Shown: positions 28,745-37,941 of the stretch, one piece after another
Numbering within the stretch: the stretch's first letter is position 1
How the letters are laid out: the number at the start of each line of letters is the position of its first letter
Assembly (NCBI GenBank): GCA_964478385.1
Contig: CAYZIE010000001.1
Location: 1-51,784, forward strand
From: an uncultured Gammaproteobacteria bacterium
GTDB taxonomy: Bacteria; Patescibacteriota; Patescibacteriia; UBA1558; GWA2-36-10
Reading direction: 5' to 3'
DNA length: 51,784 nt
Program-made: the position numbers and the translations under genes
Notes under the pieces: model-generated
What the model saw: only the letters and a program-made list of their open reading frames with translations
Told to the model about the DNA's origin: nothing
Databases searched by the model: none

Positions 28745-30811
28745 TTATTCATTTACAGCTAGTAAATAAAGATGATTACCACTTAGTAGATAAATTGCTT
28801 TTTCTTCAGGGTCTATAGCTAAATCTATAAGATTATCAAATTTGTCAGAAGTATATTGGTCTTCTATATTACCATCTTTATTTAAAATAACTATTCTTTG
28901 ATTACTTGGATCTATGATATATAAGTAATCAGAATCTTTAAATGTTTTTATGATACTATTAGGTCCTATATTAGGTCTTAATTCATGATAATTAAATATT
29001 TCTAAAGAACCTTTACTAAATTTATGTATTTTACCTTCATTATCTATAATATATACATTACCGTCTATAGTAAAACTATTAAAATTATTTAAGGTTATTT
29101 CATCAGAAATCCAAGCAGAACCATTAGCAAATACATCATAATATTCAGGATATTTAAATATTTGATTATTATCTTTATCTAAAACATATAGATTATCACT
29201 ATACATATTTAAATCTTGTATAGAAGTATTACCAGCACTTTTAGTAAAGTCAAAAGCTTCTAATTCATTATTATCTAGATTGATAATAAAATATTGTTCA
29301 TTATTACCTAGTATAAGTTTATTTTTATTAGGCCAGTCTGTTAATAATATACCACCTGGAAAATCAATTAAATGTTCTAAACTATCTTCTTTTAATTTAT
29401 ATAGTTTTTCATCTCCTAGAATATAGAATACACCTTGTTTTTGTACTATTTGTTTACTTGATAAAATAGTAGTACTTAAATCAAATAATTCTGTAGGATC
29501 AGTTACTTCATAAATATGTCTTACTTTGTTTAATTTATGTTTAATTGTTTCTGCTATTGTATCTATTTCTTCTTGATTTTCTTCAGAAGTTATAACTAAA
29601 TTATTAATTATATCTTGTATTTCTAAAAGTATTAATTCAGCAGCTTGTTCATCATTGTATATTAGTTTAGCTTCTGCTTCTGTTAATTTATTATTTATTT
29701 CTAATAATGCATTAGTATATTCTTTGTTTATTTCTTTTACAGCTTTTTCTTGAGTTAAGAATACTAAATTTGTTAATAATACTAATATTATTATAAATAA
29801 TGATATTAATGTTACTTTTTGTTTTTTATTTAGTTTATAATACCAAGTATATTTATTATTTATTTTATCTTTTATTTTATATAAAGTTAATTGTTCTTGT
29901 CCTTGTCTATATTTACTAGAAAAGATAAATAATATTATAGCTTTTATTTTATTAAAGATATAAATAAATATTTTAGCTATAATATTAAAGAAATAAGCAA
30001 ATAAAGAAATAACTTTATTTATTTTTTGTATAAATCCTATATTATTTAAACCTTTTAAATCTAGAACTAATTTAGGTTTTCTTTTTTGTCTTGAGTAATC
30101 TGGATGTATAACATCACTTTTTGAACTATCTGATTCTATTTCTTCATCTCTTATTACATCTTTAGCATTTGTATTTTTTATAATCAAAGAATTAAATGTT
30201 ACAAAATCAGGAACAGATTCTAATAATTTTTGTATCTGAGAAATACTTGTTTGTGGAGGATATTTAGAAACTATTTGTTTTATCTTTTCTTTAGAAATAT
30301 AATCAAACAGAGAATTAGTAGAGATAATTAAAGTATCACCAGTATCTAATTGACCACTTATAATATCAGTAAAAGGTTTAGTAGGATTTACTTCAGCTTC
30401 AGTTTCTAAAATAGGTGTATATTGATTATTATGTATTAATAATGCATTAATATTACCAATTCTTGATAAATAAACATTATTTTGATATATAATACCAATA
30501 ATAATATCTAATTTATTAATCCAACTTTTTATTTTAAGTTCAGAACTTAATTCTGGTAGTAAATTATTTACTTTTTGTAATATTTCTTCTAATAATATTT
30601 CAGGATCTTTTTGATGAGATGTGTCAAAAAGAATAGAAGTTTGACTAATAATTTCATTTATTGTTTCTTGTTGATCAACCTTAGTTTTAGAAGATTCTAG
30701 TAATATAAATAATTGACCATGTTGATTTTCTTCACCTAGATAAATTTCTGATAATTCCCTAGAATTAATATGATCATGTATAAATAATTTGTAATTTTTA
30801 AGTTTTGGCAT
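28745..30811 (-). CDS. Large membrane protein: N-terminal SpoIIE/PP2C-like (degenerate) domain, TM/coiled-coil, C-terminal beta-propeller-like repeats
   Basis: 688 aa. VYLSRIGNINALLIHNN and GQLDTGDTLIISTNSLFDYIS weakly resemble PP2C/SpoIIE motifs. Hydrophobic segments lie near aa 265-300 and 335-355. C-terminal repeats are LYVLDKDNNQIFKY, VYIIDNEGKIHKF, LYIIDPSNQRIVILNKDGN and IYLLSGNHLYLL. Confidence 0.55.
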   Translation of the reverse strand: MPKLKNYKLFIHDHINSRELSEIYLGEENQHGQLFILLESSKTKVDQQETINEIISQTSILFDTSHQKDPEILLEEILQKVNNLLPELSSELKIKSWINKLDIIIGIIYQNNVYLSRIGNINALLIHNNQYTPILETEAEVNPTKPFTDIISGQLDTGDTLIISTNSLFDYISKEKIKQIVSKYPPQTSISQIQKLLESVPDFVTFNSLIIKNTNAKDVIRDEEIESDSSKSDVIHPDYSRQKRKPKLVLDLKGLNNIGFIQKINKVISLFAYFFNIIAKIFIYIFNKIKAIILFIFSSKYRQGQEQLTLYKIKDKINNKYTWYYKLNKKQKVTLISLFIIILVLLTNLVFLTQEKAVKEINKEYTNALLEINNKLTEAEAKLIYNDEQAAELILLEIQDIINNLVITSEENQEEIDTIAETIKHKLNKVRHIYEVTDPTELFDLSTTILSSKQIVQKQGVFYILGDEKLYKLKEDSLEHLIDFPGGILLTDWPNKNKLILGNNEQYFIINLDNNELEAFDFTKSAGNTSIQDLNMYSDNLYVLDKDNNQIFKYPEYYDVFANGSAWISDEITLNNFNSFTIDGNVYIIDNEGKIHKFSKGSLEIFNYHELRPNIGPNSIIKTFKDSDYLYIIDPSNQRIVILNKDGNIEDQYTSDKFDNLIDLAIDPEEKAIYLLSGNHLYLLAVNE

Positions 30812-30870
30812 TTTACATTTTTTCTAATTAATATTATACTATAATTAACATTTTTAGTAAATATATTAAT

Positions 30871-31479
30871 ATGCTTGAGTATCTTTTTAGTTCTACAGCT
30901 AGAATAAAAATATTAAAATTTTTTTGTATTAATTCTCGTGATAAGTTTTTTATTCGTCAATTAACTAGAAGATTAGGTTTACAGATTAATTCTTTAAGAA
31001 GAGAACTTAATAATCTAGAAAAGTTTGGATTATTAAATATAGAAGAAAAAGAAGGTAAAAAATACTATTTTGTTAATCATGATTTTTCTTTATTTAGTGA
31101 AATATATAGTTTAGTTTTTAAAGCTATAGCTTTAGAAGAGATGCAAATAGCAGAAAAGATGTCCAAGATATCTGGTTTAAAACTTTTAATATTTACAGGT
31201 GTTTTAACTAATTCTCCAGCTAATACTGATGTTTTAATAGTTGGTAAGGTTAATAGGAAAGAATTTGATAGGTATTTAAATAGTATAGCTGAAGGATTAG
31301 TAGATGAATTAAGATATACTTTTCTTTCTAAAGTAGATTATTTATATCGTTTAGATATTACAGATAAGTTTATATACGATATTTGGTCTAATGAAAATAT
31401 AGTAGTAGTTGATAAAATATCAGCAGAAGTAAAAAAGAAACAATTAAATGATTTTAATCTTAAACATTTTAGATCGTAA
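30871..31479 (+). CDS. Winged-helix (ArsR-like) DNA-binding protein with uncharacterised C-terminal domain
   Basis: 202 aa. STARIKILKFF....FIRQLTRRLGLQINSLRRELNNLEKFGLL is a typical wHTH pattern. Confidence 0.6.
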   Translation: MLEYLFSSTARIKILKFFCINSRDKFFIRQLTRRLGLQINSLRRELNNLEKFGLLNIEEKEGKKYYFVNHDFSLFSEIYSLVFKAIALEEMQIAEKMSKISGLKLLIFTGVLTNSPANTDVLIVGKVNRKEFDRYLNSIAEGLVDELRYTFLSKVDYLYRLDITDKFIYDIWSNENIVVVDKISAEVKKKQLNDFNLKHFRS

Positions 31480-31876
31480 TAATGGTACTTGGTATTTAGT
31501 GGGGGGTAATAAAATAATTAAAGACTATAATTTTATTATATCTCAAGATAAGAATAGTATATTATTTGAATTAGATAAATTTTTAAAGGATAATAAAATT
31601 AAATTAAAAAATATAAATGGTATTATTTTAGGAGTTAAAGAAACCAGTTTAGTTCAGATTAAAGTTATTATAGGTATAATTAATACAATTGCTTGGAATT
31701 TTAACATACCTGTTATAAGTAAACTATACTACACTAAAGAATTTATTAAGATATTACCTAGTTTAATTAAGAAAATAAGTAAAGAAAAAAAATTTAAACC
31801 TTTAAAAGCAGAATATAAGCATAAACCCAATATTACAATTAGTAAGAAAAAACCTGTTTTTAGTATTACAAAGTAA
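31448..31876 (+). CDS. Hypothetical protein, possibly a truncated TsaB/YeaZ-like fold
   Basis: 142 aa. The MILILNILD start and INGIILGVKETSLVQIKVIIGIINTIAWNFNIPV loosely resemble TsaB. Overlaps the upstream gene by 32 nt. Confidence 0.35.
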   Translation: MILILNILDRNNGTWYLVGGNKIIKDYNFIISQDKNSILFELDKFLKDNKIKLKNINGIILGVKETSLVQIKVIIGIINTIAWNFNIPVISKLYYTKEFIKILPSLIKKISKEKKFKPLKAEYKHKPNITISKKKPVFSITK

Positions 31877-31900
31877 ATAAAATATATAAATAATTAGATA

Positions 31901-31925
31901 ATAACCTTTTTTAAGGTTATTTTTT
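31901..31925 (+). terminator. Intrinsic terminator
   Basis: ATAACCTT (31901-31908), loop tttt, AAGGTTAT (31913-31920), then T5. Confidence 0.7.
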
Positions 31926-31953
31926 ATTGTGGATAAGTATAGGTATTTTAATA

Positions 31954-31983
31954 TTGACTTAGAATAGTCTAGTGGGGTATAAT
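31954..31983 (+). promoter_or_regulatory. dcw/mraZ promoter (TTGACT-18-TATAAT)
   Basis: TTGACT at 31954-31959 and TATAAT at 31978-31983. Confidence 0.6.
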
Positions 31984-32002
31984 GTATATACAGACCATTC
32001 AG

Positions 32003-32022
32003 GTGGTGAAAAGTGGTGAAAA
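32003..32022 (+). promoter_or_regulatory. Tandem GTGGTGAAAA direct repeats: candidate MraZ-binding boxes
   Basis: GTGGTGAAAA at 32003-32012 is repeated exactly at 32013-32022, just downstream of the -10 box. Related TTGTGGATAA boxes lie at 31927-31936 and 32034-32043. Confidence 0.55.
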
Positions 32023-32054
32023 TATAACACTACTTGTGGATAACTAAATACTTT

Positions 32055-32486
32055 ATGTTTATTGGGGAGTACAAATATAATTTAGATAATAAGAATCGTT
32101 TAGCTTTACCTACTAAATTCCGTAAAATGTTTAAGGAAGGTGTTGTCATTACTAAAGGTTTAGATAATTGTCTTTTTATATATACTGCTAAGGAATGGAA
32201 TAAGTTAGCTAATAAACTAGCTAATTTACCTTTTAGTCAAGCTAAGTCTAGAGCATTTTCTCGTATGATGTTAGCAGGAGCTATGGATGTTAAATTAGAT
32301 AAACAAGGTAGAGTTATATTACCTGATTATTTAAAAGTATTTGCTGGATTGAATAAAAAAACAGTTTTAGCTGGATTATATAATCGTTTAGAGGTTTGGG
32401 ATGAAAAGATGTGGAATAAATATCAAAAGGTTTCTGAAAAAGATAGTAATGAAATAGCAGAGGGTTTAGTAGATTTAGGTATTTAA
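32055..32486 (+). CDS. mraZ: Transcriptional regulator MraZ
   Basis: MFIGEYKYNLDNKNRLALP start, so I prefer the ATG at 32055 over the ORF-track GTG at 32034. The second half repeat is LDKQGRVILP. Confidence 0.9.
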   Translation: MFIGEYKYNLDNKNRLALPTKFRKMFKEGVVITKGLDNCLFIYTAKEWNKLANKLANLPFSQAKSRAFSRMMLAGAMDVKLDKQGRVILPDYLKVFAGLNKKTVLAGLYNRLEVWDEKMWNKYQKVSEKDSNEIAEGLVDLGI

Positions 32487-32487
32487 C

Positions 32488-33447
32488 ATGTCTGTTAAGT
32501 ATAAGCATATAAGCGTGCTTAAGGATGAGGTTATAGAATTATTAAATCTTCAACCTAATCAAAACTATATTGATTGTACATTAGGTGGTGGAGGACATAC
32601 TAAAGATATACTAAAGAAAACCTCTCCTAATGGTAAAGTAATAGCATTTGAACTTGATAAAGTAGCTATACAAGCAGCAGAGAAAAATTTAAAAGAATAT
32701 AGAAATAGAGTAAATATAGTTAATAAAAGTTATGTTCATTTAGAAAAAGAAATAGGGAAATTTAAGTCTAAGATTGATAAAATATTTGGAATTCTAATAG
32801 ATCTAGGAGTATCATCATATCAATTAAACTTGGCCAATCAAGGTTTTTCTTTTAAGGATACAGGATATTTAGATATGAGATTTAATCCTGATATACAAGA
32901 TACTACTGCTTCAGATATTATATTAACTTGGTCAGAAGATAAATTGTGTCAAATTTTCCGTGAGTATGGCGAAGAAAGACAAGCCAAGCGTATTGCCAAA
33001 GGTATTATAGCTTGGAGAAATAAACAAAAACAAAAATTAGTTAAAACTTCCATGTTTGTTTCCGTCATACTCCGGATTTTGAATATAAAGAATGTAGCAA
33101 GATTTAGAAGGCATCCTGCTACAAAAGTATTTCAAGCTTTAAGAATAGCTGTTAATCAAGAATTAGAAAGTATATGTAATGTTTTGCCTCAAGCAATTAA
33201 TATTCTATCACCTGGAGGACGTCTAGCTATTATATCCTTTCATTCTTTAGAAGATAGAATAGTAAAGAAATATTTTAAAGAAATATCAAGAACATGTATT
33301 TGTCCACCTAAAGATCCTGTATGTACATGTAGCTACAAGCCGTTAATTAAAATAATTAATAAAAAAGGTATAAAACCTAGTAAAGAGGAGATTAAAAATA
33401 ATCCTCGTAGTCGTAGCGCTATACTAAGAGTAGTAGAAAAAATATAA
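32488..33447 (+). CDS. rsmH: 16S rRNA (cytosine1402-N4)-methyltransferase RsmH
   Basis: HISVLKDEV, DCTLGGGGHT, ISFHSLEDRIVK and NPRSRSA. Confidence 0.94.
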   Translation: MSVKYKHISVLKDEVIELLNLQPNQNYIDCTLGGGGHTKDILKKTSPNGKVIAFELDKVAIQAAEKNLKEYRNRVNIVNKSYVHLEKEIGKFKSKIDKIFGILIDLGVSSYQLNLANQGFSFKDTGYLDMRFNPDIQDTTASDIILTWSEDKLCQIFREYGEERQAKRIAKGIIAWRNKQKQKLVKTSMFVSVILRILNIKNVARFRRHPATKVFQALRIAVNQELESICNVLPQAINILSPGGRLAIISFHSLEDRIVKKYFKEISRTCICPPKDPVCTCSYKPLIKIINKKGIKPSKEEIKNNPRSRSAILRVVEKI

Positions 33448-33452
33448 ATAAA

Positions 33453-33764
33453 ATGAAAAAAAAGAAACAATTTAAACATCATTCAATTAATAAAATTAGA
33501 CCATTCCTTTTTACGTTCATAACACTAATATGGATGGGTTCATTATTATTAAATAATTATGCTAATCATCAAACATTATTAAGAAATGATTTAAATAAAG
33601 ATATTAATATTTTAGAAGATACTACCAGAATGTTAAATACTAATATAAGTGAATTACAAACCACAGAAAGAATAGAACAAGAAAGCGCAAGATTAAATTT
33701 AGTTAAAGTACAAGCTAAAGATATACAACACTTTGGTGATAATGATAAAGTAGCTCTTAGATAA
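33453..33764 (+). CDS. ftsL: FtsL-like cell-division membrane protein
   Basis: 103 aa with a single TM segment plus a coiled-coil region. Positioned between rsmH and ftsI. Confidence 0.6.
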   Translation: MKKKKQFKHHSINKIRPFLFTFITLIWMGSLLLNNYANHQTLLRNDLNKDINILEDTTRMLNTNISELQTTERIEQESARLNLVKVQAKDIQHFGDNDKVALR

Positions 33765-33767
33765 TAT

Positions 33768-35564
33768 ATGTATTTTTCTCGTTTCCACAATCATCATATT
33801 TCTATTAAAAGAATTAAGGCCCTGCAGGGGGTCATTTTTTTCTTATTTCTGCTTATTGTTTTTCGTTTATTCTATATTCAAGTAATTAAACATAATTATT
33901 ATTTAAATATAGGTTTAAATCAAAGAGCTGTAATGCAAGATGTTCAACCAGAAAGAGGTGGTATTTATGCTTTAGAAAGTTTAGAATCTGGAGACAAAGT
34001 TCATCCTTTAGCTATTAATAAAGTATATTATAATATAATAGCTAATCCTAGTAAGATTACTAGGCCACAGAATATTACAGATATTTTAGTAGAAGTTTTA
34101 GAATTAGAAGAAGAAATAGTTTTAGAAAAAGTAAAAAAAGAAAATAGATATTACGAAAATATAGCTAAAAATATAGATAAAATAAAAGTAAATGAATTAG
34201 AGGGAAGATTAGAAATTTTACGTCAAGATATTAATAAAAATAAAGAAGTTAAAAAACAAGCTAAAAATATATCTGATATTGGTATTATATTTGAGAAAAA
34301 TGTTTTAAGATTATATCCTGATAAAGAAGTGGGTGCTCATATTCTTGGATTTTTAGGTTATGGAAATGGTAATACTAGAATAGGTAGTTATGGTTTAGAA
34401 GGGTATTATGAAAATGAATTATCTGGTAAGACTGGACATATAATTGGAGAAAAAGATTCTGCTGGTAGACTATTATCTAGTAATCAAGGTGTAGATGCTC
34501 AAGATGGTGCTGATATTTTTTTAACAATTGATAACACAATACAATATACTGCTTGCAAAGAATTAGAAAAAGCTATAGTTCGTTATGATGCTGAATCAGG
34601 TTCGGTTATTATTTTAGAAACAAAGACAGGTGAAATTAAAGCTATGTGTAATTATCCTAGTTTTGATCCTAATGAATATAATATAGTTGAAAGTAGTGAT
34701 GCGTATAATAATAATACAGTATATCATAACTATGAACCTGGATCTGTTATGAAGGCTATATCTATGGCTATAGCTATAGATCAAGGTAAAGTAGATCCTA
34801 ATACTGTATATGAAGATACAGGTGAAGTTAAATATGGTGGTTATCCTATTAAAAATGCTGGTGGAAAGATATATGGTTGGGTAGATATGAAAGAAGTTCT
34901 TGCTTCCTCTATAAACACTGGTATGATATTTGCTACTTCGGAGGTTAATAATAAAATATTTGAAGAATATATTAAAAAGTTTGGTTTTGGTAAATTAGTA
35001 GATATTGGTATTAGTCAAGAGAGTAGAGGGGATATTAGTCAATTAGCTAGAGGTAAGGATATATACAAAGCAACAACATCATATGGCCAAGGTGTAACTG
35101 TAACTCCTTTGCAAATGGTAAATGCCATAAATGTAATAGCTAATAGAGGTAAATTAGTACAACCATATATAGTAAAGAGAATAGAGTATAGTAATGGAGA
35201 AAAAGAGGAGTTTTATCCTCAAGAAATACGACAGGTTATAGACCCTAGTACTGCAGCTACAGTATCAGCTATGATGGTTCATGTAGTAGATGGTATACAT
35301 GGTGATAAAGCTGGTGTACAAGGATATTATGTAGCTGGTAAAACTGGTACAGCTCAAGTAGCTAATGATAAAGGAAAGTATGATAAAGATAAAACAATAC
35401 ATAATTTTGTAGGTTTTGCTCCTAATGATAATCCTAAATTTACAATGATAACTAAATTAGATTATCCTACGGCAGCTAAATATTCATCTGATACAGCAGC
35501 TCCTTTATTTGGTGATATTGCTAAATTTCTTCTTGAATACTATAATATACCACCTAATCGTTAA
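33768..35564 (+). CDS. ftsI: Penicillin-binding protein 2/3-type transpeptidase (FtsI-like)
   Basis: N-terminal TM segment. SxxK (GSVMK), SxN (SSIN) and KTGT (GKTGTA) motifs. Confidence 0.9.
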   Translation: MYFSRFHNHHISIKRIKALQGVIFFLFLLIVFRLFYIQVIKHNYYLNIGLNQRAVMQDVQPERGGIYALESLESGDKVHPLAINKVYYNIIANPSKITRPQNITDILVEVLELEEEIVLEKVKKENRYYENIAKNIDKIKVNELEGRLEILRQDINKNKEVKKQAKNISDIGIIFEKNVLRLYPDKEVGAHILGFLGYGNGNTRIGSYGLEGYYENELSGKTGHIIGEKDSAGRLLSSNQGVDAQDGADIFLTIDNTIQYTACKELEKAIVRYDAESGSVIILETKTGEIKAMCNYPSFDPNEYNIVESSDAYNNNTVYHNYEPGSVMKAISMAIAIDQGKVDPNTVYEDTGEVKYGGYPIKNAGGKIYGWVDMKEVLASSINTGMIFATSEVNNKIFEEYIKKFGFGKLVDIGISQESRGDISQLARGKDIYKATTSYGQGVTVTPLQMVNAINVIANRGKLVQPYIVKRIEYSNGEKEEFYPQEIRQVIDPSTAATVSAMMVHVVDGIHGDKAGVQGYYVAGKTGTAQVANDKGKYDKDKTIHNFVGFAPNDNPKFTMITKLDYPTAAKYSSDTAAPLFGDIAKFLLEYYNIPPNR

Positions 35565-35599
35565 CTTGATTTATACAGTAAATATTGTAACATATAATT

Positions 35600-36862
35600 A
35601 TGAGTAAAATATTACATATAGTATTAAAATATCTATCTAAAAAGGTTATAAACAAGTATAATCCCAAGATTATAGGTATAACTGGTAGTGTTGGTAAAAC
35701 TTCTACAAAAGAAGCTATTTTTTCAGTCTTAAGTTCTAATTTTAATATTAGGAGAAATATTAAAAACTATAATAATGAAATAGGCGTTCCTTTAACTATA
35801 TTAAATAAAGAATCAGGACAAAGAAATATATTTAAATGGTTAAGAATAATATTATCTTCATTAAAATTAATAATATTAAAAGATAAAGAATATCCAGATA
35901 TTCTGATACTAGAAATGGGAGCAGATAAAAAAGGGGATATTGATTATTTGACTAGTATAACTAAACCAGATATTGCTGTTTTAACAGCTATTGGACATAG
36001 TCATATTGAAAACTTTGGTAGTATTAATAATATACTTAAAGAAAAGTTAAGTATCACCAAAAGATTAAATAAAGAAGATTGGGTGGTATTAAATAATGAT
36101 GATAAACTATTATATTCTAGTAAAGATAAACTAAAAAGTAATATTAAAACTTTTGGGCAAAAAGAAGATAGTGATATATATATTAAAGATATAAAGATTA
36201 TTGAAAAAGATAATACATATGGAACTACTTTTAAAATAAGATATAAAGGATCTATAGTTCCAGTATTTTTACCTAATGTTTTAGGATGGCAACATGCTCA
36301 ATCTGTAGCCTGTGCTTGCAGTATTGCTTTAATCTTAGATATGAATTTAGTAGATATAGCTAAAGATTTAATGAAGTATATACCAGCTAAAGGTAGAACT
36401 AATTTAATTAAAGGTGTTAAGAATTCATATATCATAGATGATACATACAATGCTTCTCCACAGTCTTCTGAACTTGCTTTAAATATATTATCTGAAATAC
36501 CTAGTTCAGGTAGAAAAATTGTTGTATTTGGAGATATGTTAGAATTAGGAGATATTAGTGAAGAAAGTCATAGGAATGTAGGTAAAATAGTTAAACAACT
36601 TAATATTGATTATTTATTTGTTATTGGTGAAAGATCAAGAGATATAGCTAGGGGTGCTAAAGAATTAGGTATGTATGAAGATCATATTTTTCATTTTCCT
36701 TTTACTACTGAAGCAGGTATCTTTTTACAAGAAAGAATTAAAGAAAATGATATTATTTTAGTTAAAGGTTCAAGAGGTTCTAAAATGGAACAAGTTGTTT
36801 ATGAAATTATGGCTAAACCTTGGAAAGCAGATGAATTATTAGTAGCTAGGGTTGATAAATAA
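35600..36862 (+). CDS. murF: UDP-N-acetylmuramoyl-tripeptide--D-alanyl-D-alanine ligase
   Basis: GITGSVGKTSTKE P-loop, DDTYNASPQS and FGDMLELG. Confidence 0.85.
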   Translation: MSKILHIVLKYLSKKVINKYNPKIIGITGSVGKTSTKEAIFSVLSSNFNIRRNIKNYNNEIGVPLTILNKESGQRNIFKWLRIILSSLKLIILKDKEYPDILILEMGADKKGDIDYLTSITKPDIAVLTAIGHSHIENFGSINNILKEKLSITKRLNKEDWVVLNNDDKLLYSSKDKLKSNIKTFGQKEDSDIYIKDIKIIEKDNTYGTTFKIRYKGSIVPVFLPNVLGWQHAQSVACACSIALILDMNLVDIAKDLMKYIPAKGRTNLIKGVKNSYIIDDTYNASPQSSELALNILSEIPSSGRKIVVFGDMLELGDISEESHRNVGKIVKQLNIDYLFVIGERSRDIARGAKELGMYEDHIFHFPFTTEAGIFLQERIKENDIILVKGSRGSKMEQVVYEIMAKPWKADELLVARVDK

Positions 36863-36888
36863 TTATATTTTTGTTATTAATATTTAAT

Positions 36889-36963
36889 GGCCCTATCGTC
36901 TAGTGGTTAGGACACCAGGTTCTCATCCTGGTAACCGGGGTTCGATTCCCCGTAGGGTCACCA
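36889..36963 (+). tRNA. tRNA-Glu (anticodon CTC), CCA encoded
   Basis: Hand-folded cloverleaf. Acceptor GGCCCTA/TAGGGTC, anticodon stem CCAGG/CCTGG with loop TTCTCAT, T arm CGGGG-TTCGATT-CCCCG. 75 nt. Confidence 0.95.
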
Positions 36964-36968
36964 ATACT

Positions 36969-37511
36969 ATGGATATTAAAAAATATAAAAGAATAAATAT
37001 AATAGGTACAAGTGGTTGTGGGAAATCTACTATAGCTAAGAAATTAGCTAAATTGTTAAATTATGAATATATAGAAATGGATAGTATATTTTGGGGTCCT
37101 AATTGGGAAGAATCAAATTATGATTCTTTTTTTAAAAAATTAGAAAAAGAATTAAAAAAAGAAAAGTGGGTATTAGATGGTAATTATACAAAAAGTATAC
37201 CTTTAAAATGGAAGTATACGGATTTAGTTATATGGTTAGATTATTCATTTTTAAGAAATTTTTTTCAATCTTTTACTAGAGCTATAAAAAGATTAATAAC
37301 AAGAGAGGTATTATGGTCTAGTAGTGGTAATAAAGAAACATTAAAAGGTTTTTTTAGTAAAGAATCTATAGTACTGCATATGATAAAAAGTTATAACAGT
37401 AATAAAAAGAAGTATAATTTATATATAAAAGATAGTAATTTTTCTCATATTAAATTTATAAAACTAAAAAATCCTAAACAAGTAAAACAGTTTTTAAATA
37501 ATTTAAAGTAA
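36969..37511 (+). CDS. P-loop NTPase/kinase (adenylate-kinase-like, topology-modulation FlaR-like family)
   Basis: Start moved to the ATG at 36969 because the ORF-track start at 36903 runs through tRNA-Glu. Walker A is IIGTSGCGKSTIAKKL. Confidence 0.7.
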   Translation: MDIKKYKRINIIGTSGCGKSTIAKKLAKLLNYEYIEMDSIFWGPNWEESNYDSFFKKLEKELKKEKWVLDGNYTKSIPLKWKYTDLVIWLDYSFLRNFFQSFTRAIKRLITREVLWSSSGNKETLKGFFSKESIVLHMIKSYNSNKKKYNLYIKDSNFSHIKFIKLKNPKQVKQFLNNLK

Positions 37512-37514
37512 AAG

Positions 37515-37546
37515 AAAACCCCCAGTAGACGAATCTAGTGGGGGTT
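37515..37546. terminator. Bidirectional terminator (P-loop kinase gene / 112-aa gene)
   Basis: CCCCCAGTAG (37519-37528) pairs with CTAGTGGGGG (37535-37544) with one mismatch. The A-run before it gives a U-run on the minus strand. Confidence 0.7.
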
Positions 37547-37550
37547 GTAG

Positions 37551-37889
37551 TTACGAGGTGCAGTGGAGTTCAATCTGCTTCTGCAGATCGGAGATCGCTC
37601 CCTGGTCGTCCAGGCTATCAATCTCTTCCAGAACCATGTTCAGGTCACTCACAGGCTTTGCGAAGGCAAACGTGTTACAATCCATCACCGTGAAACTCAC
37701 AAGGCACCACGCGTTGTTGAGAGCACGCTTCGTGTCCTTCGGCCAGTCACGATGTGGGAATATGAACATCCCTTCGTGATTAGCCACGTAGCGCACCTGA
37801 CCATCCTTGAGCTGCCTCTTGAAAAACAGCAACTCGATGACAGTCGTGATCTGATCCCGTTCTTCGTTCTTGTTCTTGGGCTCAGACAT
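37551..37889 (-). CDS. 112-aa soluble protein of unknown function, foreign composition (about 52% G+C)
   Basis: AGGAGG at 37896-37901 lies 6 nt before the ATG. Third codon positions are G/C-rich and Lys is almost always AAG, unlike the rest of the window. No TM segment and no family recognised. Confidence 0.7.
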   Translation of the reverse strand: MSEPKNKNEERDQITTVIELLFFKRQLKDGQVRYVANHEGMFIFPHRDWPKDTKRALNNAWCLVSFTVMDCNTFAFAKPVSDLNMVLEEIDSLDDQGAISDLQKQIELHCTS

Positions 37890-37919
37890 CTTATTCCTCC
37901 TTGTTCAGGTTCTGTGCTC

Positions 37920-37936
37920 ATCACCAACTTGGTGAT
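37920..37936. promoter_or_regulatory. Perfect 17-nt palindrome ATCACCAACTTGGTGAT at the predicted transcript start (operator or 5' hairpin)
   Basis: 8-bp arms around a central C, located between the -10 box (37942-37947) and the SD (37896-37901). Confidence 0.55.
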
Positions 37937-37941
37937 ATATT

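Noticed and set aside
36903-36968. N-terminal extension of the P-loop kinase ORF (MVRTPGSHPGNRGSIPRRVTNT), and the minus-strand ORF 47618-47896.
   Set aside because: Both are read-throughs of tRNA genes (tRNA-Glu and tRNA-Asn respectively). The GC-rich tRNA sequence simply lacks stops.
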